Shown here: one piece after another, positions 9,754 to 19,911 of the stretch
How the letters are laid out: each line of letters starts with the position of its first letter
How positions within the stretch are numbered: position 1 is the first letter of the stretch
NCBI GenBank assembly: GCA_965223415.1
Contig: OZ245002.1
Coordinates: forward strand, 4,000,001-4,064,000
Source of the DNA: Myxococcota bacterium
GTDB lineage: Bacteria; Myxococcota_A; UBA9160; UBA6930
DNA: 64,000 nucleotides
Direction of reading: 5' to 3'
Program-made: the position numbers and the translations under genes
The notes under the pieces: generated by a model
Told to the model about the DNA's origin: nothing
Databases searched by the model: none
Seen by the model: only the letters and a program-made list of their open reading frames with translations

Positions 9754-10934
9754 GGCAGGGAGCTCTCCGTTCCGGGTTCGAACAGGGCCGACTCGATGCG
9801 GCCCAGGGTGTCGAGATCGTGAACGTCGCGGGGCAGCTGCGGCACGCGTCGCACGAAGGCGTCCGCCTTGGCTGCCCAGCGCAGGAGCGGTGCCGTGGCT
9901 TCCGCATCCCTGTGCACGCGACGAGCGTAGCTGCCGACACAGTGCCGCGCCGTCCGCGCCGCCGCGCCGACCTGCGCCGGATCGAGACCACGCTCGGCGA
10001 GCGCGCGCCCCAGCGCCTCCCAGGCCGCGGGCGCCGCGGGCTCGAACGCCTCGAGCTCCGGGTCGAGGTGCAGGCGGTTCAGGATCACGCCCCGCGTCGC
10101 CGCGCCGAGCCCGTCGAGGCGCTGGGCCAGAGCGACGGCCTGGTCGACCTGTCCCCGTCCCGCGCCTGCCGCGAGCACGAAGGCGGTGGTGCCGCCAAAG
10201 AGCAGCTCGCGCACGTGATCGGCCCGGGCGCGGAAGCCCTCGGACAGCTCTTCGAACAGCAGCAGGAACTCCGACAGGTCCTCGAGGAAGGCCATGCCCG
10301 ACACCCGCTCGAGCAGGCGGAAGAGCGGCTCGGTGCCCTTCTGGAAGAGGCGCAGCCCGAAGCGGCCGGCACTCATCGCCGGGTGCACCAGGTGGCGGGC
10401 GATGCGGCTGTCGACCAGGCCGACCAGGCGCTCCGGCGCCTCCAGGAAATCGAGCGCGTGCTGGGACGGCGGCGTGTCGAGCACCACGACGTCGAAGCCG
10501 CCGGCGGCCACCAGCTCGTCGACCTTCTCCATGGCCGAGTACTCGCTGCTGCCCGCCAGGGCGTCGGAGACGTGCTGATAGATGGGGTTGGAGAAGATGC
10601 GATCGCGGGTGGCGTCGTCCCGTGCGAAGCGGTGCACGAGATCGTCGAAGGTGCGTTTCGTGTCGAGCATCATGGCGGAGAGCGAGCCCGGCGCGAGATC
10701 CAGCCGGGCGAGGATCTCCGCCGGCAGGGCCTCCGGCTCCGGTCCGAGGCGCGGGAGGCCCATGGCGTCGGCCAGGCGCTTGGCGGGATCGATGGTCAGC
10801 ACGAGGGCGCGGGCGCCGCGCCGGGCCGCGCCCAGGGCGAGGGCGGCGGAGAGGGTCGTCTTGCCGACACCCCCGGAGCCGACGCAGGCGACGATCGGGT
10901 GCTCCTCGAGCAGGCGGGCGGGGGTGGCGCTCAC
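9750..10934 (-). CDS. ArsA/Get3-like P-loop ATPase (second of pair)
   Basis: 'CVGSGGVGKTT', 'TIDPAKRLADA' and 'LDTPPS'. GTG start overlaps the upstream stop (GTGA). Confidence 0.85.
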   Translation of the reverse strand: MSATPARLLEEHPIVACVGSGGVGKTTLSAALALGAARRGARALVLTIDPAKRLADAMGLPRLGPEPEALPAEILARLDLAPGSLSAMMLDTKRTFDDLVHRFARDDATRDRIFSNPIYQHVSDALAGSSEYSAMEKVDELVAAGGFDVVVLDTPPSQHALDFLEAPERLVGLVDSRIARHLVHPAMSAGRFGLRLFQKGTEPLFRLLERVSGMAFLEDLSEFLLLFEELSEGFRARADHVRELLFGGTTAFVLAAGAGRGQVDQAVALAQRLDGLGAATRGVILNRLHLDPELEAFEPAAPAAWEALGRALAERGLDPAQVGAAARTARHCVGSYARRVHRDAEATAPLLRWAAKADAFVRRVPQLPRDVHDLDTLGRIESALFEPGTESSLP

Positions 10935-11896
10935 GCTCCTGGCTCCGCGGGGCCCAGCAGCTCCTCCGCCAGTTCGGCCAGCGCCGCCGTGCCGGCTCCG
11001 GCCATGTCCCGGTAGGGGAGCAGGACGATCGGGAGGTCCGCGTCTTTGCGGAGATCCGCCACCGCCTCCCGGTGCATCGCGGCTCGCTCGCGCAGGTGGG
11101 CGACGCAGCGCGCCAGGCTGGCCGGGGAGGGCAGGCCCTCCGGCGCTGCGGGAAGCGCGGCCAGACGCTCCGGGAGATCGGCGAGCGCGGCGGGCAGCGG
11201 GTTCGCCTCGGCGGCGTTCACCACGATGCGGTCCATCGCGATGCCCACCTCCGCTCGCGCTCGGGCCACGAGCTCGAGGGTCTCGTTGACCGGAAGCTCC
11301 TCGGGCAAGGTGACCGGCAGCAGCAGCGTCCGCTCCGGGTCGCGGACCATCTCCTCCACCCAGCCGGCGTGGCGCCGCAGCGGGCCAGCGCGCACGGCGG
11401 AGACCACGACCCGCGGCACGTCCAGGAACGTGAGGCCGTGGCCGGTCGCCGGGGCGTCGACGATCAGGAGGTCGATGCGATCCGGGGCTTCGGGCGGCGG
11501 CTGCAGCAGGTGCCACACCTTGCCGAGCGTGATCAGCTCCCGCCAACCCGGCGCGGCGTCGAGCAGCGCGTGGAACCCGGGCTGGTCCAGCAGCCGGGTC
11601 ACCAGGCCGGGGATCCGCAGCTGGAGGTGGAGGTACTCGGCGAGTGCGGCGTAGGGCTCCATCCTCCGGACGACCGGGCCGCAGGCCAGGCGCCGGCCCG
11701 TGTAGCCCACCGGCGGCAGCGGGTCGCCCAGCAGGCGCGGCAGCTCTTCGTCCCGCCCGGTCTCGATGGCGCACACCCGCAGGCCCCGGGCCGCCGCACC
11801 CAGGGCGAGGGCGCCAGTGACGGTGGTCTTGCCCGTGCCGCCCTTGCCGGTCACCACGATCAGGCGTCGTTCGAGCAGGGGGCGGAGCTGCGCCAA
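10931..11896 (-). CDS. ArsA/Get3-like P-loop ATPase (first of pair)
   Basis: 'VTGKGGTGKTT', 'VDAPATGH' and 'VTLPEELPVNET'. Start uncertain (TTG 11896 chosen). Confidence 0.85.
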   Translation of the reverse strand: MAQLRPLLERRLIVVTGKGGTGKTTVTGALALGAAARGLRVCAIETGRDEELPRLLGDPLPPVGYTGRRLACGPVVRRMEPYAALAEYLHLQLRIPGLVTRLLDQPGFHALLDAAPGWRELITLGKVWHLLQPPPEAPDRIDLLIVDAPATGHGLTFLDVPRVVVSAVRAGPLRRHAGWVEEMVRDPERTLLLPVTLPEELPVNETLELVARARAEVGIAMDRIVVNAAEANPLPAALADLPERLAALPAAPEGLPSPASLARCVAHLRERAAMHREAVADLRKDADLPIVLLPYRDMAGAGTAALAELAEELLGPAEPGA

Positions 11897-12128
11897 GCGG
11901 GGCCTCGTGAGAGTGCGGCCGTCGCGCCTCCTCCCCCCGAAACCTGCCCCCCTCGGGGCCAGCCGGGGGGGCTCAAGCACCCCTTCGGCGGAGCCGAAAC
12001 GAAGCGCGGAGACCTGGAGCGACGGATGGCTGGCGAGGAGGGCGGCCCGCGGTGGATGGGAGCGCACGGACCTGCGCCGTTGAGGCGCGCACACTAGCAG
12101 CAATCCGGGCCGGAGGGCGCCCGCCGCG

Positions 12129-13406
12129 ATGATCCTCGCCTGCCAGCAGTGCCAGACCCGCTTCCGGCTCGACGAGGCGCGCATTCCCTCCGAAGGCGCG
12201 CGGGTGCGCTGCTCCAAATGCAACCACGCCTTCACCGTGCGCCCGCCGGAGGTCGACCCGGAGGTGACCTTCGACGGTGTGGTGGCCGAGGCGGTGGAGG
12301 AGGCGATCCCGGCACCGGAGCCCGGCGCCGGCGCGGCTGGCCCCGAGCACACGGACCCGGGCCTCAGCGAGGCCCTGGAGCCGGTCGGCGAGGTCCCGCC
12401 GGACCAGTGGACCTTCAGCGACGAGGCGCCGGTCGATGCGGCCGACACCTCCCCGGCGTCCGGCCTGTTCGGCACCTCGGACGACCTGGTCGGCGATTCG
12501 GCCGGGGCCCGCGCCGCGGAGCCCCTCCCGGGCACGAACCCGGACGATCCGCTGGAGGCCCTGGCCCGCGAGGTGGCCGCCGAGAAGGGCGCCGCCCCGC
12601 CGCAGGCCGAGCCGAAGCCCGCGCCCGCCCCGCCGCAGGCCAAGCCGAAGCCCACGCCCGCCCCGCCGCAGGCCAAGCCCGCGGCGGCCCCGTCGCCCGC
12701 GCCGGCCGAGGCCTCCACGGCCGGCGCGAACACCCTGGACGGCCTCGGCGACCCGGCGGAGTGGGACTTCCTGGCGGATTCGGTCCCCGAAACCCCGGTC
12801 GAGGCCCGGGTCGAGCCCCCGCCCGTGGCGGCAGGGGCCGTGGAGGCGGCGCCGGCCCGCCCGGGCTGGGTTCTGCCACCCGCGCTCGCGTCCCTACTCT
12901 CCCGGCTGGGAGGCGCCGCGGGCTGGGCGGGCGCGGTGGGCTTGATCCTGGTCGGGCTGGCGCAGGTCCTGTGGCCGGCCCCGGTGGCCACCACGTCGCC
13001 GGCCCCCCTTCAGCTGGTGCGAGGCGATCCCGAGGTGCGCGGGCTCAGCTCCCGCCACCTCGAGAACCTCCACGGAGGGGCCATGCTCGTCGTGGGCGGA
13101 GAGGTTGCGGCCCGCAGCGCTGGCCCCGACGGCCTGCGGGTGCAGCTCCTCGACGCCGCCGGTCGCCCGCTCGAGGGGGGACGGGCCTGGGCGGGCCCCC
13201 CGCTGGGCGAGCGGGTCCTTCGCGAGCTGGACCCGGATCGCATCCGCGCGCGGCTGCAGGACGAGAGCCCGGCGCTGCGGCCCGGCGGCCTGTTCCACGC
13301 GGTGTTCCCGTCGCCTCCGGTCGGCGCAAGGGGCGTGGCGGTCATGGCCGCGGCGCTGCCTAGGGAGCCTCGTCTCCCTCCGTCACCTTCTCCGGCTCCG
13401 GAGTGA
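12129..13406 (+). CDS. MJ0042-type zinc-ribbon protein with acidic/Pro-rich linker, one TM helix and a C-terminal domain
   Basis: '[31 protein letters not shown]'. TM segment '[17 protein letters not shown]'. Confidence 0.8.
   Translation: MILACQQCQTRFRLDEARIPSEGARVRCSKCNHAFTVRPPEVDPEVTFDGVVAEAVEEAIPAPEPGAGAAGPEHTDPGLSEALEPVGEVPPDQWTFSDEAPVDAADTSPASGLFGTSDDLVGDSAGARAAEPLPGTNPDDPLEALAREVAAEKGAAPPQAEPKPAPAPPQAKPKPTPAPPQAKPAAAPSPAPAEASTAGANTLDGLGDPAEWDFLADSVPETPVEARVEPPPVAAGAVEAAPARPGWVLPPALASLLSRLGGAAGWAGAVGLILVGLAQVLWPAPVATTSPAPLQLVRGDPEVRGLSSRHLENLHGGAMLVVGGEVAARSAGPDGLRVQLLDAAGRPLEGGRAWAGPPLGERVLRELDPDRIRARLQDESPALRPGGLFHAVFPSPPVGARGVAVMAAALPREPRLPPSPSPAPE
12594..12680 (+). repeat. 33-bp in-frame tandem repeat (~2.6 copies; APPQAxPKPxP)
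   Basis: The unit gccccgccgcaggcc(g/a)agcc... starts at 12594, 12627 and 12660. Confidence 0.9.
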
Positions 13407-13557
13407 CGTCGATCTCGTCGTCTCCCGAGACGCCGCTGCGGAAGCCCTTGATCGCCTTGCCGATGCCGCTGCCGATCTCCGGGAGCCGCCGTGCGCCGAA
13501 CAGCAGCACCACGATCACCAGGATCACCAGGAGCTCCGGGAAGCCGAGACCGAACAT
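13360..13557 (-). CDS. tatA: Twin-arginine translocase TatA/E subunit
   Basis: '[40 protein letters not shown]'. Confidence 0.95.
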   Translation of the reverse strand: MFGLGFPELLVILVIVVLLFGARRLPEIGSGIGKAIKGFRSGVSGDDEIDVTPEPEKVTEGDEAP

Positions 13558-13650
13558 TCTCCCGAAGAAGGTGCCTGTCGGGTAGGGACCGGTCAAGGCG
13601 GGGACCGCTGCGCACGAGATGCGCGCTGTTGGAGTGTCTAGAATCACGCG

Positions 13651-14985
13651 ATGCCGAAGATCTTCAAGGCCTATGACGTGCGCGGGATCGTGCCCGACGA
13701 GCTCGACGCGGACGACGCCCATGCCATCGGTCGTGCGACCGCCCACTTCCTCGGCTCCGACACCCTGGTGATCGGCCACGACGCCCGGGCCAGCTCACCG
13801 GAGCTGCTCGAGGCGCTGCTTCGCGGCGTGTGCGACGAGGGCACCTCTGTCGTGAACATCGGGCTCGTCGCCACGCCGATGCTCTACTACGCCGTGGACC
13901 TCCTGGGCGCCGGCGGCGGCATCATGCTCACCGCCTCCCACAATCCCGCCCAGTACAACGGCTTCAAGATCTGCCGGGAGCAGGCCATCCCGATCGGTGA
14001 GGCGAGCGGTCTGAAGGAGATCGAGCGCCTCGCCCGCGAGCGCCCGCAAGCGCCGGTGGCGGCCACGCGCGGCAGCGTCCACGAGCGCGACGTCCTGGCC
14101 GGCTACGCGGAGCACGTGCTGGCGGTCGGCGTGGAGCGCCCCGCACTCCACGTGGCCATCGACTGTGGCAACGGCATGGCCGGCGTGCCCCTGGAGCCGG
14201 TGCTCCAGGCCCTGCCGCTGCGCACCGAGCGGCTCTACTTCGAGCCGGACGGCACCTTCCCGAACCACCCGGCGGATCCCCTCGAGGTCGAGAACCTGGC
14301 CGAGGTGGCGGAGCTCGTGAAGCGCACCGGTGCGGACTTCGGAGTGGCCTTCGACGGCGATGCCGACCGGGCCATCTTCGTCGACGACCGCGGCGAGCCC
14401 GTGTCGTCGGACCTGATGACCGGCCTGCTGGCGCGCACCCAGCTGCGCCTCCATCCCGGCGGCCTCGTCCTCTACGACCTGCGCTCCAGCTGGGCGACGG
14501 CCGAGGAGATCGAGGCCGCCGGCGGGCGCGCCGGCATATGCCGCGTCGGCCACTCGTTCGTGAAGGCGAGCATGCGCGAAGAGGGCGCCGTCTTCGCCGG
14601 CGAGCTCTCCGGCCACTTCTACTTCCGCTTCTCGCCCACCCTCGTGGCCGACGACGGCATCGCCGCCTTTGTCGCGTTGGTCGACCTGCTCGGGCGGGAA
14701 CGCAAGCCGCTCTCCGAGCTCATCGCCCCGCTGCGCCGCTACCACGCGAGCGGCGAGATCAGCCGCCGCGTCGGCGACCCGGCCGCCATCCTCGACGCGG
14801 TGGAGAGCCGCCACCGCGAGGCGCCGGAGGTCTCGCGCCTCGACGGCCTGCTCGTCCGCTACGACGACTGGTGGTTCAACCTGCGTCCGTCGAACACCGA
14901 GCCGCTCCTGCGCCTCAACGTGGAGGCGCGCACGCGGGATCGCATGGAGAGCGAGCGGGACCGCCTGCTGGAGGTGATGGTCTAG
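13651..14985 (+). CDS. manB: Phosphomannomutase/phosphoglucomutase
   Basis: 'FKAYDVRG', 'TASHNP', 'FDGDADR', 'GELSGH' and 'RPSNTEP'. Confidence 0.92.
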   Translation: MPKIFKAYDVRGIVPDELDADDAHAIGRATAHFLGSDTLVIGHDARASSPELLEALLRGVCDEGTSVVNIGLVATPMLYYAVDLLGAGGGIMLTASHNPAQYNGFKICREQAIPIGEASGLKEIERLARERPQAPVAATRGSVHERDVLAGYAEHVLAVGVERPALHVAIDCGNGMAGVPLEPVLQALPLRTERLYFEPDGTFPNHPADPLEVENLAEVAELVKRTGADFGVAFDGDADRAIFVDDRGEPVSSDLMTGLLARTQLRLHPGGLVLYDLRSSWATAEEIEAAGGRAGICRVGHSFVKASMREEGAVFAGELSGHFYFRFSPTLVADDGIAAFVALVDLLGRERKPLSELIAPLRRYHASGEISRRVGDPAAILDAVESRHREAPEVSRLDGLLVRYDDWWFNLRPSNTEPLLRLNVEARTRDRMESERDRLLEVMV

Positions 14986-16046
14986 CCCGCCGGCGCCGCT
15001 TCCTTGGCCTGGGCCAGCTCCGCCTCGATGATCTTCACGAACTCGTCGACGGGCTGGGCGCCCTTCAGGCCGATGCCGTTGACGAAGAAGGCGGGCGTCC
15101 CGGTGACGCCCGCGCTGCGGCCGTCGGCCACGTCGGCCTCGACGGCGGCGCGGTGGCGCCGCTCGCTCACGCAGGCGCGGAAGGCCTCCAGGTCGAGCTC
15201 GGCCTGCTCGGCGGCGGCCTCGAGGCCCGCGACCTCGAGGTCCGCGTCCTCGCCGAACAGCAGCTCGTGGTAGGGCCAGAACTTGCCCTGGTCGCCGGCG
15301 CACAGGGCGGCTTCGGACGCCGCGCGCGCCCGCGGGTGGATGCTGTCGAGGGGGAAGTGGCGGTAGACGAAACGCACCTCGTTCGGGTAGCGCTTCAGGA
15401 GCTCTTCGATGATCGGCTCGGCGCGCCGGCAGAAGGGGCACTGGTAGTCGCTGAACTCGATGATCGTGACCGGTGCGTCGGCGCTCCCCAGGGAGGCCCC
15501 GGTGGCGGCGACCTCGATGCGCGGCGTCTCGATGAGCACCTCGACGACGGCGTCGTTGCGAAGCTCGGTCACGAAGGCCTGGGCCGCCTGCGGGCCCTTC
15601 TGGCGCTCCAGGTGGCTCCGGATGGTGGAGCCGGCGGTCTCGAAGTCGACGTCCCCCATCGAGCCCTTGTTGCGCTCCCAGAAGGCCAACACCTCCGCGT
15701 CGGTCACCGCCATCCGCGCGGTGGCCTCCTGCTGCATCATCTCCTCCGAGTCCATCCCGCGCACCTTGGCTTCGCGCTCGACCAGCCGCTCGTTGATGAT
15801 GTTCTCGACCGCCTGCTTGCGGAGCTCGTGGAGCTTGGCCGCGTCTCCGTCCTGGCTCGCCTGGCGGAAGAGCTCGTCCTTGATCCAGGAGTCGACTTCC
15901 GCGACGGTAATGTCGACGCCGTCGAGGCGCGCGGCGGCGGTCTTGTCGCCGGTCGTTTCGGAAGGGGTCGTTCGGGTACAGCCCACGGCCAGGACGCTCC
16001 CGAGCAGGAGGATGGCGGCGATCGCGAGCAGTCGGTGGAGTCGCAT
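14982..16046 (-). CDS. DsbA-family thioredoxin-domain lipoprotein
   Basis: Lipobox LAVGC, 'EFSDYQCPFC' and 'GVTGTPAFFVNG'. Confidence 0.9.
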   Translation of the reverse strand: MRLHRLLAIAAILLLGSVLAVGCTRTTPSETTGDKTAAARLDGVDITVAEVDSWIKDELFRQASQDGDAAKLHELRKQAVENIINERLVEREAKVRGMDSEEMMQQEATARMAVTDAEVLAFWERNKGSMGDVDFETAGSTIRSHLERQKGPQAAQAFVTELRNDAVVEVLIETPRIEVAATGASLGSADAPVTIIEFSDYQCPFCRRAEPIIEELLKRYPNEVRFVYRHFPLDSIHPRARAASEAALCAGDQGKFWPYHELLFGEDADLEVAGLEAAAEQAELDLEAFRACVSERRHRAAVEADVADGRSAGVTGTPAFFVNGIGLKGAQPVDEFVKIIEAELAQAKEAAPAG

Positions 16047-16147
16047 GGGGACCTCACGGGGGGGGGCGGGGTGGATGGGCTCCGGACGGCCGGAGCCATC
16101 TGCTGCGCGTCCGGGGGCCGGACGGCCGGAGCCAGGATGCGTAGCAA

Positions 16148-17011
16148 ATGGCGCCCCATCCCGTGAGCAGGGAACTGCCGGCCGCCGTGAGAGGGGACCC
16201 GCCGGGCGGGCTCGTCGCCTCTCTCCAGGCCGGCGCCGGCAGCGGAGCCCTCGTCCTGGAGGCGGCGAGGCTCCTCGGGGGCCGGCGAGAGCTCTGGGCG
16301 CCGGCCGTGCTGCCGGTCGCCCTCGCGGCCCTGGCCCTCGCCGGTGCCGCCGCCGGATTCGTGGCCTGGGCCGACGAGCTGCACTCCTTCCTGGCGGCGA
16401 CGCTCCCGGTGCTCAGGGCGGAGGCGTGGTGGGAGTGGCTGTGGGTCGGGCCCGGCCGCGCGCTCGTCTGGCTCCTGCCCAAGCTCGCGCTCGTGCTGGG
16501 CTTCGTGCTGGCCCTGGTCCTCGCGTTCGTACTGGCGAACCTGGCGGCGGCGCCCTTCCACGAGGTGCTGTCCCGGCGGGTCGAGCGCCTGGTCACCGGC
16601 GACGTACGGGAGGTGACCGGCGACTCGTTCTGGGGAGAGGTGCGCGCAGCGCTCCGCTCGGTGGCGGAGGAGGCGAAGCGCACCGGCTTTTTCTTGGCCG
16701 TGAGCGCGATGATCGTCGCCGCGGGCGTGGCGATTCCCGGCGCCCAGCTGCTCGTCCCGCCGGCGCTGCTCGCCCTCAGCCTGGCGTTCCTTCCCCTCGA
16801 CTACGCGAGCCACGCCCTCGACCGCCGGCGCCTGCCCTTCGCCGAACGCCGTGCCTGGCTCACCCGCCACCGTGGCGCCATGCTGGGCTTCGGCGCCGCG
16901 GCCTTCGGGCTGTGCGCGGTCCCGCTGCTGAACCTGCTGGCGATGCCGGTGCTGGTCGTCGCCGGCACGCTGCTCGTCCTGCGTCACCCGCCCGAGGCGG
17001 AAAGCGCCTAG
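16148..17011 (+). CDS. EI24/CysZ-like membrane protein
   Basis: Several TM helices, 'AAPFHEVLSRRVE', 'LPLDY', 'VPLLNLLAMPV'. Confidence 0.75.
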   Translation: MAPHPVSRELPAAVRGDPPGGLVASLQAGAGSGALVLEAARLLGGRRELWAPAVLPVALAALALAGAAAGFVAWADELHSFLAATLPVLRAEAWWEWLWVGPGRALVWLLPKLALVLGFVLALVLAFVLANLAAAPFHEVLSRRVERLVTGDVREVTGDSFWGEVRAALRSVAEEAKRTGFFLAVSAMIVAAGVAIPGAQLLVPPALLALSLAFLPLDYASHALDRRRLPFAERRAWLTRHRGAMLGFGAAAFGLCAVPLLNLLAMPVLVVAGTLLVLRHPPEAESA

Positions 17012-17036
17012 GGACGACACGCTCGAGTGTCCGCGC

Positions 17037-17795
17037 CTAGACCGCGAGAGCCTCGCCCAGGAACTGCCACATGCGCTTGAGCGCGGCGCCGGGCAGCTCG
17101 CCGTGGGTGCAGTCGTACCACTCGACCTGCTTCGGCTCGCCGGCGGCGGCATGCAGGGCCGCGGCCCGGTCCTCCGGAATGCGCTCGTCCCGCCGGGCGT
17201 TCACGAACAGCACCGGACGCGGGGCGATCGCGCCGACGAAGGCCAGCGGGTCGTGCTTCGCCGGCGCCAGGCCCCCGCCCCCGAGGGCGAGGGCCGCCGC
17301 ACGTACCCGCCGGTCCGTGGCGCAGAAGGGGGTGCCCAGGATCGCGCCCAGGCTGAAGCCCGCGTAGCCCACCCGCCCCGCGTCGATCTCGGCCAGCGCA
17401 CAGAGCGCGTCGAGGCAGCGGCTCAGATCGCCCGCGGCCTGGCGCTGGAGATCCCCCCAGAGCGCCTCCAGGCCCGGCGTGCGCTCGCCCTCGGTGGCGA
17501 GCGCCGCCAGCACCCGCGCGCCCAGCTTCGGATCCGAGCGCTCGCCGTGCAGGGGGAAGTCGATGCGGGCGATGGCCGCGCCGCCCAGGACCCACGGCGA
17601 CGTGACCGTGTCCATCACCGGGTCGTCCTTGCTGCTGCCGGCCCCGTGCTGGACGAGGACGAGCGGGAAGGGACCCTCGCCTTCTGGCAGGAAGAGCCGG
17701 CCCGGTACCCAATCGGCCCCGTGGCTCACCTCGAAGCGCAGGCCACCTTCGAAGGGCTCGCTCCAGAAGCCGAGGGGTTCGTCGCGGGCGGGCAC
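17037..17795 (-). CDS. Alpha/beta hydrolase
   Basis: 'LVQHG', nucleophile GFSLG, 'DERIP' and a C-terminal His. Confidence 0.8.
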   Translation of the reverse strand: MPARDEPLGFWSEPFEGGLRFEVSHGADWVPGRLFLPEGEGPFPLVLVQHGAGSSKDDPVMDTVTSPWVLGGAAIARIDFPLHGERSDPKLGARVLAALATEGERTPGLEALWGDLQRQAAGDLSRCLDALCALAEIDAGRVGYAGFSLGAILGTPFCATDRRVRAAALALGGGGLAPAKHDPLAFVGAIAPRPVLFVNARRDERIPEDRAAALHAAAGEPKQVEWYDCTHGELPGAALKRMWQFLGEALAV

Positions 17796-17804
17796 CCGCG
17801 GAGT

Positions 17805-18401
17805 CTAGCGGGCCAGGAGCACCCGCCGGGCCCGGTAGAGGTGCGACTTCACCGAGTCCTCGCTCTTCGCGGTCATCCCGGCGATCTCCTGGATCGAGCG
17901 ATCCTCGAGGTGGTGCAGGCGGAAGAGCTTCCACTGCTCCGGCGACAGGTCCTGGCGGGCGGCCGCGGACAACCGGTCGAGACGCTCGAGGTACTCGTAG
18001 TCTTCGTGGGGGCTGGTCCCACTGTGGCCCGCGGGGCCGAGGTACTGATCGTCCTCGGGAAGCGGAACCGTGTCGTGGCGCTTGCGCTTGAACCGGGAGG
18101 CGATGGTGCGGCGGGTCAGGCCGAACACCCAGGCGGCAAAGGGCGCCTCGCCGCGGAAGGAGTGGAGGGAGGAGAAGAGGTTGAAGAAGACCTCCTGGAC
18201 GATCTCCTCGGTGTCGGCCCGGTTGCTCACGCGGCGATCGACGAAGCGATAGACGCGGGGGAAGTAGCGGGCGTACAACAGCTCGAAGGGGGCGCGGTCG
18301 CCCTCGGCGACTCGCGCGACGAGCTGCTCGTCGGTGGCCTGGGCCAATGCGTTCCCAGCGATCTTCGGCCCGGCCGCGGGCTCGGCGTTCGGCGCTGCCA
18401 T
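17805..18401 (-). CDS. ECF RNA polymerase sigma factor
   Basis: Region 2 'DTEEIVQEVF...FAAWVFGLTR'. Region 4 'SIQEIAGMTAKSEDSVKSHLYRAR'. GGGAGA RBS before ATG 18401. Confidence 0.9.
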   Translation of the reverse strand: MAAPNAEPAAGPKIAGNALAQATDEQLVARVAEGDRAPFELLYARYFPRVYRFVDRRVSNRADTEEIVQEVFFNLFSSLHSFRGEAPFAAWVFGLTRRTIASRFKRKRHDTVPLPEDDQYLGPAGHSGTSPHEDYEYLERLDRLSAAARQDLSPEQWKLFRLHHLEDRSIQEIAGMTAKSEDSVKSHLYRARRVLLAR

Positions 18402-18564
18402 GGTCTCCCTTCCCATTGTGCCAGGCTGTCCCAGAACAGCCTCCCCCGTCATGGGAAGTGACCGGCCCCACGCGTCGGGTGTCAAAGAATGTCACCCCAC
18501 AGCGAAAAAAAGTGCGGGGTTACCCCCGCGGGGGAGGGGTTCAGGGGCCGGGGTGGGTGGCGGG

Positions 18565-19086
18565 CTAGAGATCGCCGTCTCGAAGGCGGCTGCGGAACCG
18601 GAAGGCGCCGGCCGGCCCCTGGCCGCGGGGCTCCTGGCGCGGCGGGTTCGGCTCCGGCGCCGCACGCCCCGGATCCTCGGCGACCAGGAGGGCGCCCGCC
18701 GGCGTCCGCACTAGCCTCCACAGCTCGATCCTCCCCGAGCCGCCGCCGGCCGCCAGCCGGGTGCGCTCCTCGAACCGCTCGGCGACCAGCAGGGCCCGCG
18801 GGCGCAGGGAAGGGTCCAGCCGGCGTTCGGGGGCGAGCTGGGCCCAGTCCGCGATCCGCGGCGCGAGCCAGGAGAGCTCGCCCACCAGGGCGGCCCAGGT
18901 CTCGAGATCGCGGCCCGGGGCTGCCGGCTGCACCAGTCCCACGCGGCCCTCGGGATCCCGCACGACGTAGGCGATGCGGCCGGCGCCGCCGAGCAGGTTC
19001 CGGGCCACCACCTCGAGGGGCGTGGGCAGCGCAAGCAGGGCCGGGCGCAGGTCGTCCGTCGGCGGGGCCAGGGGCACGGCGCTCAA
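18565..19086 (-). CDS. Hypothetical protein, possibly a degenerate PD-(D/E)xK (NucS-like) fold
   Basis: TTGA coupling to the upstream gene. 'GRIAYVVRDPEGRVGLVQ...RALLVAERF...IELWR' follows the NucS-like pattern but lacks the acidic catalytic residues. Confidence 0.55.
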   Translation of the reverse strand: MSAVPLAPPTDDLRPALLALPTPLEVVARNLLGGAGRIAYVVRDPEGRVGLVQPAAPGRDLETWAALVGELSWLAPRIADWAQLAPERRLDPSLRPRALLVAERFEERTRLAAGGGSGRIELWRLVRTPAGALLVAEDPGRAAPEPNPPRQEPRGQGPAGAFRFRSRLRDGDL

Positions 19087-19835
19087 TGCAGGTCGTCGCG
19101 CAGGAGCAGGGCGACGTCGCGCAGGGCCCGCGCCGCCCGCGTGCAGCCGAAGCCCTCGCCGCGGGCGGGACCCTCGACCAGGGACCGGGCCAGCTCGAGC
19201 TCGTCGACCAGCAGGCCGTAGCTCGTGAGCGGGCGCTCGAAACGGGCGGCGAAGAGCTCCGCCAGCCCGTCGAACACGCCCCGGGCCTCGGCCAGGGTCT
19301 CGGCACCGCGCACCGTCACGCCTACCTGGGCGCGGGGAGCGGCGCTCAGCACTCGTTCGCAGAGCTCGAGGAACTCGCGCCGATCCGCGTCGGAGGCGCC
19401 GGCCACCAGCCAGCAGCGGGAGAAGAGCTGCGTGTGGGCGTCGTTCCAGGTGCGGTCCGACGGCACGTGGACCAGCACCACCGACCCGCTCTCCTGCGGG
19501 AGGGTGGCCGCCGCGTCGGCGGCGGCGCCGAGGAGCGGCCCGACGTCGCCGGCGGGGAGCGGCACCCAGGTCGGCGCAAAGGCCTCGCAGGCGAGGTCCA
19601 GCCACGCCGAGTGCTCGGGCTGCGGCTCGGGCGCCAGGAGGGTCGGCGCCCGTCCGAGGGCGCGCATCTCGGCCGCCAGGCTCCACAGGAGGGCGGTGCG
19701 GATCGGGTCCCGGGGATGGAGCGGCGCGGCCACGATCGGGCAGGGCTCCGCCTTCCCCGGTTCCTCTCTCCGGCCCGGGGGCTGGGAGGCGTCGTCCAGG
19801 AAGTAGTGGAGGACCTCGCCGAGCTCGCGGGCCAC
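19083..19835 (-). CDS. Hypothetical protein, possibly a MinD/FlhG-like fold lacking Walker A
   Basis: The C-terminus 'YGLLVDELELARSLVEG...RAARALRDVALLL' resembles the FlhG/MinD tail. No GxGK motif. Start is 19835 or 19853. Confidence 0.55.
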   Translation of the reverse strand: MARELGEVLHYFLDDASQPPGRREEPGKAEPCPIVAAPLHPRDPIRTALLWSLAAEMRALGRAPTLLAPEPQPEHSAWLDLACEAFAPTWVPLPAGDVGPLLGAAADAAATLPQESGSVVLVHVPSDRTWNDAHTQLFSRCWLVAGASDADRREFLELCERVLSAAPRAQVGVTVRGAETLAEARGVFDGLAELFAARFERPLTSYGLLVDELELARSLVEGPARGEGFGCTRAARALRDVALLLRDDLH

Positions 19836-19911
19836 GGCTAGTCCCGATCCCACATCGAAGGGGAGCGCCGGCCCAGAGCCACGGCACGTCGAGAGCGATG
19901 CCGGATCACGG

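Noticed and set aside
9750..11896. Arsenic resistance operon
   Set aside because: No arsB/acr3, arsC, arsD or arsR is nearby, and the motifs fit the non-arsenic tandem ArsA-like class.
7115..12097. Very long Arg/Pro/Gly-rich ORFs (7115-9991 minus, 9128-12097 plus) and many similar ones elsewhere, e.g. 52165-55125 minus
   Set aside because: These are shadow frames expected at this GC content. They overlap well-supported genes and have no motifs.
18480..18494. TGTCA-N5-TGTCA upstream of the ECF sigma gene as a Pho box
   Set aside because: The period is 10 rather than 11 bp and it is a single instance. It may be regulatory but cannot be assigned.
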